Positions 54,184-64,000 of a stretch of DNA of 64,000 bases are shown here, in pieces. The DNA comes from Lama guanicoe (taxonomy: Eukaryota): contig MU054323.1 in NCBI GenBank assembly GCA_013239625.1, positions 14,512,029-14,576,028 on the forward strand. Direction: 5' to 3'. A program made the position numbers and the translations under genes. Under the pieces are notes generated by a model that was not told the DNA's origin, did not search any database, and saw only the letters and a program-made list of their open reading frames with translations. How positions within the stretch are numbered: the first letter of the stretch is position 1; every line of letters starts with the position of its first letter.

Positions 54184-55245
54184 CACCACCATTCCTTAAC
54201 AAGACATCTTTTCTCTATTGAATTAGGCTGGCAAAAATCATTGATCATGTAAGCGTAGACCTATTTCTGGATGCTGTGTTCTTCGATTGCCCTATTGTGC
54301 CACTGCTTCCTCTTGATTACATTGTCTTGATTGCTGCACACTGAAATAAGTTTTCTAAATTGTTCTGCTTTTAGAAAATTGTTTTGACTTTTATTGATCA
54401 CTTGTCTATACCTACATTTTACAGTCAGCTTGTTAATTTCTTCCAAACATCCTGCTAGAATTCTGAATGGGATTGTATTCCATCTACAGATAATTTCCTT
54501 TGGATCTCTGGATCAACATCCATTTTCAGTAATACTGACTCTTTCAGTCTCTGAATATAATGTATCCCTTCACTTACTTTTTCCCTGTAAGTTTATCTTA
54601 GCAATGTTTTGTAGGTTCCCATGTATAGGTTGTATACATTTTTGGCTAAATTTGTTCCTAAATATTTTGGTGCTATTAATAATTAAACTTTTATTTCAGT
54701 TAATCTTTTTCATCATTAGATATAATAAAATTTGTGTTTTGAATGTCTTTCTTATATACTGAAAACTTCCTATATTCATATATTAGTTCTGGCAGCTTTT
54801 TGTTTGTAGGTTCCTTAGGGTTTCTATGTAAATAATTATGCCATCAGCATATAAAACAATTTTACTTCTTTTCTTTCTGTCTTTATGACTTTTTTGCATT
54901 TATTAATCATTTGTTTATTTTCTTTGAAATATTTTTTGTTCTAATTTATTTTAATACATTTTTTAAAAATTTTAATGATTTATAATCATTTTACAATGTT
55001 GTGTCAAATTCCAGTGTAGAGCACAATTTTTCAGTTATACATGAACATACATTTATTCATTGTCACACTTTTTTCTCTGTGAGCTTGTGTATATTTCCCT
55101 GTGCTATACAGTATAATCTTGTTTATCTATTCTACAATTTTGAAATCCCGTCAATCCCTTCCCACCCTCCACCCCTTTGGCAACCACAAGTTTGTATTCT
55201 ATGTCTAAGAGCCTCTTTCTGTTTTGTATTTATGCTTTTTTTTTT

Positions 55246-58200
55246 TTAATTCCACATATGAGCAATCTTATATGGTATTCTTTCTTTCTGGCTTTCTTCA
55301 CTTAGAATGACATTCTCCAGGAGCATCCATGTTGCTGCAAATGGCATTATGTTGTCGGTTTTTATGGCTGAGTAGTATTCCATTGTATAAATATACCACT
55401 TCTTCTTTATCCAGTTATCCGTTGATGGACATTTAGGCAGTCTCCATGTCATGGCTATTGTAAATAGTGCTGCTATGAACATTGGGGTGCAGGTGTCATC
55501 CTTAAGTAGGGTTCCTTCTGGATATGTGCCCAGGAGTGGGATTCCTGGGTCATATGGTAAGTCTATTCCTTGTCTTCTGAGGAATCTCCATACTGTTTTC
55601 CACAGTGGCTGCACCAAACTGCATTCCCACCAGCAGTATAGGAGGGTTCCCTTTTCTCCACAGCCTCTCCAGCATTTGTCATTGGTGGATATTTGAATGA
55701 TGGCCATTGTGACTGGTGTGAGGTGATACCTCATTGTAGTTTTGATTTGCATTTCTCTGATAATTAGTGATATTGAACATTTTTTCATGTGCTTTTTGAT
55801 CATTTGTATGTCTTCCTTGGAGAATTGCTTGTTTAGGTCTTCTGCCCATTTTTGGATTGGGTTGTTTATTTTTTTCTTATTGAGTCGTATGAGCTGCTTA
55901 TATATTTTGGAGATCAAGCCTTTGTCGGTTTCACTTGCAAAAATTTTCTCCCATTCCGTAGGTTTTCTTCTTGTTTTATTTCTGGTTTCCTTTGCTCTGC
56001 AGAAGCTTGTAAGTTTCATTAGGTCCCATTTGTTTATTCTTGCTTTTATTTCTTCTAGGAGAAAATTTTTGAAATGTATGTCAGATAATGTTTTGCCTAT
56101 GTTTTCCTCTAGGAGGTTTATTGTATCTTGTCTTATGTTTAAGTCTTTAATCCATTTTGAGTTGATTTTTGTATATGGTGTAAGGGTGTGTTCTAGCTTC
56201 ATTGTTTTACATGCTGCTGTCCAGTTTTCCCAACACCATTTGCTGAAGAGACTGTCTTTATTCCATTGTATATTCTTGCCTCCTTTGTCGAAGATGAGTT
56301 GACCAAAAGTTTGTGGGTTCATTTCTGGGCTCTCTATTCTGTTCCATTGGTCTATATGTCTGTTTTGGTACCAATACCATGCTGTCTTGATGACTGTAGC
56401 TCTATAGTATTGTCTGAAGTCTGGGAGAGTTATTCCTCCAGCCTCTTTCTTTCTCTTCAGTAATGCTTTAGCAATTCTAGGTCTTTGATGGTTCCATATA
56501 AATTTTATTATGATTTGTTCTAGTTCTGTGAAATATGTCCTGGGTAATTGGATAGGGATTGCATTAAATCTGTAGATTGCCTTGGGCAGTGTGACCATTT
56601 TAACAATATTGATTCTTCCAATCCAAGAGCATGGAATATCTTTCCATTTTTTAAAGTCTTCTTTAATTTCCTTCATCAATGGTTTATAGTTTTCTGTGTA
56701 TAATTCTTTCACCTCCTTGGTTAGATTTATTCCTAGGTATTTTATTACTTTGGGTGCTATTTTAAAGGGGCTTGTTTCTTTACTTTCTTTTTCTGTTGAT
56801 TCATCATTAGTGTAAAGAAATGCAACTGATTTTTGAACGTTAATCTTGTAACCTGCTACCTTGCTGAATTCTTCAATCAGCTCTAGTAGTTTTTGTGTGG
56901 AGCTTTTAGAGTCTTCTATATATAGTAACATGTTGTCAGCATACAGTGACACTTTTACCTCTTCTTTTCCAATTTGGATCCCTTTTATTTCTCTCTCTTG
57001 CCTGATTGCTGTGGCTAGGACTTCCAAGACTATGTTGGATAGGAGTGGTGATAGTGTGCAGCCTTGTCTTGTCCCAGATTTTAGTGGGAAGCTTTTGAGT
57101 TTTTCACCGTTGAGTACTATGCTGGCTGTAGGTTTGTCATATATAGCTTTTATTATGTTGAGATATGTTCCCTCTATACCCACTTTGGTGAGAATTTTTA
57201 TCATAAATGGGTGTTGAATTTTATCAAATGCTTTTTCTGCATCGATTGAGATGATCATGTGGTTTTTGTCCTTTCTCTTGTTGATGTGATGTATTACATT
57301 CATTGATTTGTGTATGTTGACCCACCCTTGTGTCCCTGGGATGAACCCCACTTGGTCATGATGTATATCTTTTTTATGTGCTGTTGGATTCTATTTGCTA
57401 AAATTTTGGTGAGGATTTTGGCATCTATGGTCATCAGTGATATTGGCCTATAATTCTCTTTTTTGGTGGTGTCTTTGCCTGCTTTTGGTATCGGGCTGAT
57501 GGTGGCTTTATAGAATGAGTTTGGGAGTATTCCCTCCTTTTCAATCTTCTGGAAGAGTTTGAGAAAGACTGGTATGAGTTCTTTGTATGTTTGGTAGAAT
57601 TCCCTGGTTAAGCCATCCAATCCTGGACTTTTATTTGTAGGGAGATTTTTTATTGCTATTTCGATTTCATTTCTAGCGATCGGTTTGTTCAAGTGGTCAG
57701 TTTCTTCTTGATTCAGTCTTGGTTAACAGTATGTTTCCAGAAACTTGTCGATTTCCTCTAGGTTATCCAGTTTGGTTCCATATAGTTTTTCATAATATTT
57801 TCGTATGATATTCTGTATTTCTATTTTATTTGTTGTAATTTCTCCATTTTCCTTTCTTATTTTGCTAATTTGTGCTCTTTTTTCTTCTTTGTGAGTTTGG
57901 CCAGAGGTTTGTCAATTTTATTTACTATTTCAAAAAAACAGCTTTTGGTTTGATTGATTTTTTTCTATNNNNNNNNNNNNNNNNNNNNNNNNNNNNNNNN
58001 NNNNNNNNNNNNNNNNNNNNNNNNNNNNNNNNNNNNNNNNNNNNNNNNNNNNNNNNNNNNNNNNNNNNNNNNNNNNNNNNNNNNNNNNNNNNNNNNNNNN
58101 NNNNNNNNNNNNNNNNNNNNNNNNNNNNNNNNNNNNNNNNNNNNNNNNNNNNNNNNNNNNNNNNNNNNNNNNNNNNNNNNNNNNNNNNNNNNNNNNNNNN

Positions 58201-58724
58201 NNNNNNNNNNNNNNNNNNNNNNNNNNNNNNNNNNNNNNNNNNNNNNNNNNNNNNNNNNNNNNNNNNNNNNNNNNNNNNNNNNNNNNNNNNNNNNNNNNNN
58301 NNNNNNNNNNNNNNNNNNNNNNNNNNNNNNNNNNNNNNNNNNNNNNNNNNNNNNNNNNNNNNNNNNNNNNNNNNNNNNNNNNNNNNNNNNNNNNNNNNNN
58401 NNNNNNNNNNNNNNNNNNNNNNNNNNNNNNNNNNNNNNNNNNNNNNNNNNNNNNNNNNNNNNNNNNNNNNNNNNNNNNNNNNNNNNNNNNNNNNNNNNNN
58501 NNNNNNNNNNNNNNNNNNNNNNNNNNTCCATTTGCATGGAATATCCTTTTCCATCCTTTCACTCTCAATCTATATGTGTCCTTCTCCCTAAAGTGGGTCT
58601 CTTGTATGCAGCATATTGAAGGTTCTTGCTTTATTATCCAGTCTGCCACGCTGTGTCTTTTGACTGGAGCATTTAGGCCATTAACATTTACAGTAATTAA
58701 TGATAGATGTGTGTTTATTGCCAT
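55246..58724 (-). pseudogene. L1 ORF2p (APE endonuclease, reverse transcriptase, CCHC), disrupted
   Basis: Start MAINTHLSLITVNVNGLNAP..CCIQETH; RT motifs [24 protein letters not shown]; frameshift at about 57367; YADN instead of YADD; N gap 57969-58526. Confidence 0.95.
57969..58526. other. Assembly gap (558 N)
   Basis: Run of N. Confidence 1.
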
Positions 58725-59103
58725 TTTGAACTTATCTTTGGTTCACTAATTTGTTCCTCTGCATTGGTATTTCCTCTTTGTTCCTTTCTTCTTACTTTTG
58801 TGGTTTGATAATTTTCCTTTGTATTATCATGGATTTTATTTAATTTTTGTGACTCCCTTGTAAGTTTCTGGCTTGTGGTTACCCTTTTCTGTAAGTCTGT
58901 TAGCCCATTACTATATCTTGAACCCATCCTACCAAAACCAAAAAATTTTAAAAAGAAAGAAAAAAAAATACTCTATATTTTCTTGCTTCCCTCTCCCACT
59001 CTGAATGATTTTGATGTCTTCTTTTACAAATATTGTAATTTATGAGCTATCACCTTTCTAGTTGTGAGTTTCTCATTTCTGTAGCATCCTGCTGCTTTTC
59101 TAT

Positions 59104-60007
59104 TTAGAGTAGACTTTTCAATATTTCTTTTAGCATGGGTTTAGTGTTGCTAAACTCTTGTAGTTTTTTCTTGTCTGTGAAATTCTTTATCTCTTCTTAT
59201 ATCCTAAAGGATAGCCTTGCTGGATATGGTATCCTAGGCTGCATCTTATTTTCATTCAGGATTTTGAATATATCTTGCCACTCCCTTCTGGCCTGTAATG
59301 TTTGTGTAGAGAAATCAGTTGAGAGCCTTATGGGGGTTCCCTTGTAACTCACTCTTTGCTTTTCTCTTGCTGCCTTTAGGATCATTTCTTTATCCTTGAC
59401 CCTGGCCATCTTGATTATGGTATGTCTTGGTGTGGGTCTATTTGGGTTCTTCCTGTTTCGGACCCTTTGAACTTTCTGTACTTGGATTTCTGATTCCTTC
59501 TTTACGTTTGGGAAGTTTTCAGTCATGATTTCTTCAAAAACCTTTTCAATCCCCTTTGATCTTTCATCCCCTTCTGGGACCCCCTATTGTGTGAAAATTG
59601 GCATGGTTTATATTATCCCATAGGTCCCTTATGTTACTTTCATTTGTTTTTATTTGTTTACCTTGCAGTTGTTCTGATTGGGTGCTTTCTGTTTTTCTGT
59701 CTTCTAGGTCACTAATTTGTTCCTCTGCATTATCTAGTCTGCTTTGCACAGCCTTTAGATCTGTTCTCATCTCAGCCAATGAGTTTACCAATTCTACTTG
59801 GCTCTTCTTTATAGCTTCGATTTCATTTTTGACATATTTTATATCTCTAAACACTATTTCTTTTAGTTCCTTCAGTACTTTGATCACTCCGTTTTTGAAA
59901 TCTTGATCTAGTAGGCTATCGATGTCTATTTCATTGATCGTTCTTTCAGGGGATTTCTCTTGTTCTTTTAATTGGGAGTGGTTTCTCTGCTTTTTCATCT
60001 TGCTCAT
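59104..60007 (-). pseudogene. L1 ORF1p (coiled coil, RRM, CTD), disrupted
   Basis: MSKMKKQRN..RLDNAEEQISDLED..; ENFPN..TPRH..ILKAAREK..PIRLSTDFS..ARREW..YPARLSF; +1 G frameshift at about 59580 and premature stop at 59197. Confidence 0.93.
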
Positions 60008-60106
60008 ATCTCTCTGACATTGTGGCTTATGGAGTATCAGTTATCTACTGTGGTCCTTAAAGGAGTTTATTTATTTATCTATCTAATCCCTTTGTAGGAA
60101 TAAAAC

Positions 60107-60771
60107 TTTAAAAAAAGGAGAGAGAGAGAAAGAATTTTAAAAGAAAGGAGACAAAAAGTTTTGAAAACAGTGTATTATGAATTATAAACGTGCAATTTGA
60201 ATCAGACTAGCATTCGAGTTGAGAGGTCTTTTAAAAAAACCCTTAAAAAGAAAAAAGATCAAAAAACGATATTTAAAACCTGTTTATAATAAATAACAGG
60301 AGATCAAAACCAAAAGAAATGAAAATGAAATCAGGTGGATTTTTTAAAATTGATAATAATATAACTACTTTAAAAGAAAAATTTAAGGGATTAAAACTAG
60401 GAGCATATACAATTGTTTAGAAAGTAGAAATTAAAAAGGTAATAGAAAATAGCTTAAAAAAGATAAAGAGAATTTTAAGAGAAGGGAGGATAAAAAGGTT
60501 TGAAAACAGTGTATAATGAATAATTGAAGAGCAAGTTGAAGCAGAAAGCAATTGGGTTGACACGTCTCTTAAAAACCTTTGAAAAAGGAGAAAAGAGGAA
60601 AAAAACATATTTGACACCTGTGTATAATCAGTATCAGGAGATCAAAACCAAGAGAGATAAAAATGACATGATGTGGATTTTTTAAAATAATATTTTGAAA
60701 GAAAAATTTTAAAGGGATTAAAACTGGGGGGATATATAATTGTTTCAAAATTTAAAAAGTAATAGAAAATA
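60107..60771. repeat. Two diverged tandem copies of a roughly 339-bp AT-rich unit in the L1 5'UTR
   Basis: ttgaaaacagtgtat at 60161 and 60500; caggagatcaaaaccaa and agggattaaaact also occur twice. Confidence 0.85.
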
Positions 60772-60829
60772 CAACAGGTAAAAACAGTTTAAAAAGGGGA
60801 GGGGGAGGAGGGGGTGTTCTCCTGGAGAC

Positions 60830-61900
60830 TGTGTGCTCTTAATGCCTTCGCCCTGTTTCGCAAACTCAGCTTGCTGTTTCCAGAGGCCCTCTGTCAGCGC
60901 CCCTCGTCGGTGCTGCTCCCACTGCCTGTCGGCAGGCAGATCGCGCCCCCTCCCAGCACAGCGTTCCTGCTGGAAAGGCGGGGGCCACCTGCTCTCTCCT
61001 GGCGCCAGTCGCTCCGCGGCTCCGCGCCACCGCGCACTCTGCCCCGGGTCAGCGCTCCGCAGGCGGGCCCCGGGAAGACCACGGAACAGCCCCATCCCTG
61101 CTCCGTGCCCAAGCTCAGCTCCTTGTTTGTTCTGGAGGCAGGAACTTTGCTAGGCACCAGAGCGGAAGGATCCTTTCAGACGGGCTACAAACAAGTCACT
61201 GTCTGGCCTTTGAGGCTGCCGAGCCCCCAGGTGTGGATTTAGGTTTTGCCCCCAACCCCACCTGGGTGCCAAGCGCCGGAGGATATGGCCACTGTGCCTG
61301 AGCCCCGCCTCTCCGCACTGAAAACATTCCGTGGGTTTTCAGAGATGGGGGTATGCACCCTTCCCCCCAGGGCACATCAGCCGTGTTTTACGGAGGGCCC
61401 AGGTTGTTCTGTCCTGTGCATCCCCTGACCCACAGCTCCCTGCAGTCCCCCGGGGCCGCCTCAGTGCAGCCCTCCCGTCCTCCGCCCGGTTCGGGCAGCC
61501 TGTCCGGCCCCCAGCTCCCGGCTCGGGTCTTGGGTGTGGCAGGGACCCTCTGTGCCCGGTTAACTTAGTTCTGTAGGACAAGGGCTGCTCTGTACAGATC
61601 CGAGTCTCGGAGGCTCCTTCTCCATCCGAGAGAGGGAGACCCAGCGAACGAGCGCCAGTCCTCCTTTGTCGCTCCCTCACTGTGGGACTGGTCCCGCATT
61701 GTTTTGCATTTTTGTCTTTCTTTTTGTCCTTTGTCCTACCAGATTTTTGGTGCCTTTGTCTTTTGAAGAGGACAGTGTTCCGTCGGAGTTCCGCAGGTCC
61801 TCTGGTTGGCTGAGTGGGTCTGCGGATGTGAGTCCTGGTGTATCTGTGGGAGAGGGTGAGAGCTACCTGCGTCCTACTACTATGCCATCTTGGCCTCATC
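60830..61900 (-). promoter_or_regulatory. CpG-rich L1 internal promoter (5'UTR)
   Basis: Only strongly CpG-rich stretch in the window; YY1-type motif gccatcttg at 61884-61892 at the element 5' end. Confidence 0.85.
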
Positions 61901-62344
61901 CTGTATCACTTGTCTTTTTAAACTTGCCTTATTGCACAGGCCGAGAACTACAGTTAAATGATGAACAAAGGTGGAGAGAGAAAACATTCATATATTTTTT
62001 CCCCTCTTACTTTCAGCATTCAGATTTTAACTACTCAAGTACAAGGGATAATTATATACTTTTCATTTGTGTAGATACAATTTATCTGTTAAGTTCTCTT
62101 TATTCCTAGTTTTCTGAGAGATGTTTTTCATAAGTGGACTTTGAATTATGTCAGTGCTTTTTGGCATCTATTCAGATGCTCACTTTATTAATATGGCTAA
62201 ATACAAGTTATTATTTCTTAATGCTAATAGAATGTTTTTGAATGTCTGAGGTAGAACACGTTTGATCAAGATCATTATCCTTTCATGTAATTACTGAAAT
62301 TGATTTGTTAACATTTTTTACAGATGTTTTAAAATTAAGTTCTC

Positions 62345-64000
62345 AAGGATTTAGTTTTTAAATTATAGTTGGCATACATTATAATAGTTTCAAGTGTACA
62401 ACATAGTAGTTCAATATTTTTATAGATTACATATCATAAAAAGTTCTTGCAACATTATTGACTATATTCCCTGTGCTGTACATTAATTACATCCTTGTGA
62501 TACTTATTTTATAATTAGTAGTTTGTATCTCTTAATCCCCTTCACCTATTTCACCCATCCTAATCCCCTCCCTCTTGACAACCACTAGTTTCTGTCTGTA
62601 CTTATGACTCTGTTTCTGTTTTGCTGTATTTATTTGTTTTGTTTGTTAAAGACAAGTATCTTTTCACTTGTGAAATCTATTTTATTTCACTCATCATAAT
62701 ATGGTCTAGATCCATCAACGTTGCAAATGGCAAGATTTCATTATTTTTATGGCTGAGTAATGTTTCATTAGATAGATACATAGACAGACAGAGAGACAGA
62801 CCGATCGATCGATCTATATAAATCCATCCCACATCTTTACCCATTCATCTCTCTGTGGACACTTAGGTTGCTTCCATATCTTGGCTATTGTAAATCATGC
62901 TGCGATAAACATAGGGGTGCATATATCTTTTCTAATTAGTGTTTTTGTTTTTTTCTGATAATTACACAGGAATGGAATTGTTGGATCATATTGTAGTTCT
63001 GTTTTTAATTTTATGAAAAGCCACCATACTGTTTTCCATAGTGACTGTACAAATTTACATTTCAATAACAGGGCACAAGTGTTCCCTTTTCTCCATAGCC
63101 TGCCAACATTTGCTATTTCTTGTCTTTTTGATGATAGCTATTCTGATGGGTATGAAGTGGTAGATCACTGTGATTTTGATTTGCATTTCCCTGATTGACA
63201 GTCTGTAAAATCTAATATGCTGTTGAGTCCCTCTAGTGTATTTTTATTTCAGTTATTCTATTCTTCAGCTCTGGTTCTTCTTACATTTTCTAAGTTTTTG
63301 TTGAAATATTCACTATGTTTCTTTTTTTTTTTCCCAAGCCCAAGTCCAATGTATGCCAATTGTATGCCAATTGCTTCAAACTCTTTATCAGGTAAATTAT
63401 CTTCATTTCATAAGGGTTTTAATCTTGTACTTTCATTTGGAACTTACTCCTCTGTCTTCTCATTCTGTTCAAGTTCTGAGTTTGGCTCTATGAATTAAGT
63501 GAAATAGTTATGTCTCCCAGTCTGGAAGGCATGTCCTTCTGCAGGAGTGTCCCTATACAGACTGCTTATGTCCAGTGACTTTGGTGGGAGGACTGGATCT
63601 GAAGTGGGATGGGCCAGGGCTTTTGCTGGGGCCTGCAGGTGGTGGCAGGAGGAGGTGGTCACTGCCTTGGCAGGGTAGGAAGTAGCTGGAGCCCATTGTG
63701 AGCTTCGGCTTCTCGCAGGACTCACTGACAGCCACCAGATAGATAGGTGGGGCTGTAACCGGAGCAGGAGCTGCGGCCACTCCTGGGGTGTAATAAGGAC
63801 TGTCACCTTGGAACCTGAGCTTGGCAGGTCAGCTAGAATGCCAGACACTTTTACTTTTCAATCTGTTGCCTCTGCACTGGGACTCAGAGTGTATGTGTGT
63901 GCACTTTTTAAGAGTAGAGTCTCAAGTTTCCCACAGCACTACAGATCTCCAGTGATAAGCCCCACTGGTTTTCAAAACCATCACCTTCCCGATGCCTGTC
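62345..64000 (-). mobile_element. Older L1: 3' end (62345-63196) fused to ORF1 N-terminus and 5'UTR (63197-64000, runs off the window)
   Basis: 3' tail and ORF2 end, then an abrupt switch to ORF1-like coiled-coil sequence (degenerate TLEGLNSILD) and ORF1 start MRRQR at about 63463. Confidence 0.78.

Larger units (their letters stand above)
54921..61904 (-). mobile_element. Full-length young LINE-1 (about 7 kb), inactivated
   Basis: 5'UTR with YY1-type CAAGATGGC, ORF1, spacer, ORF2, 3'UTR and T-rich tail; degenerate TSD atcatttgtttattt (54906-54920) / atcacttgtcttttt (61905-61919) followed by AA. Confidence 0.97.
51345..62340 (-). mobile_element. Ancient L1 ORF2 scaffold in pieces (about 51345-52320, 54184-54920, 61905-62340)
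   Basis: Degenerate antisense ORF2 that resumes colinearly across each younger insertion; 51345-51825 may be a separate fragment. Confidence 0.65.

Noticed and set aside
55451..57217. Plus-strand hydrophobic ORFs (81-186 aa)
   Set aside because: Antisense shadows of L1 ORF2, also seen at 43399-44001 and 53092
55246..57351. 701-aa reverse-transcriptase ORF as a novel or host RT system
   Set aside because: It is the frameshift-truncated C-terminal part of an ordinary L1 ORF2p inside a complete L1
57872..58619. Long ORFs spanning X residues
   Set aside because: Artefacts of the N gap
60745..62109. Many overlapping ORFs including a 186-aa ORF at the L1 5' end (ORF0-like?)
   Set aside because: Expected from stop-poor GC-rich 5'UTR sequence; no recognisable domain

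Overview
AT-rich mammalian genomic DNA, intronic or intergenic, dominated by transposable-element relics. No bacterial-type features (operons, CRISPR, rRNA) and no recognisable host protein-coding gene. The main feature is a nested LINE-1 cluster at about 51.3-64 kb. It contains one full-length, fairly young but inactivated L1 on the minus strand (about 54.9-61.9 kb): CpG-rich 5'UTR, ORF1 and ORF2 both frameshifted, RT motif YADD changed to YADN, and an assembly gap over most of the endonuclease. That element and two internally deleted older L1s all sit inside one ancient L1. Elsewhere there are many 5'-truncated L1 3' ends (several with visible target-site duplications, two with twin-priming-type inversions), L2, MIR, MaLR/ERVL LTRs and MER DNA transposons. 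The cetartiodactyl-type L1 tails, with no recognisable BovB/Bov-tA, PRE-1, CHR, Alu or B1 elements, suggest a camelid (inference only). I found no convincing novel biological system. The best leads are a speculative frame-compatible chain of minus-strand exons (15.1, 4.7 and 1.0 kb), a repeat-free motif cluster at about 7.7 kb, and several mechanistic L1 oddities. Repeat family names are from memory of consensus sequences, and boundaries of old repeats are approximate.
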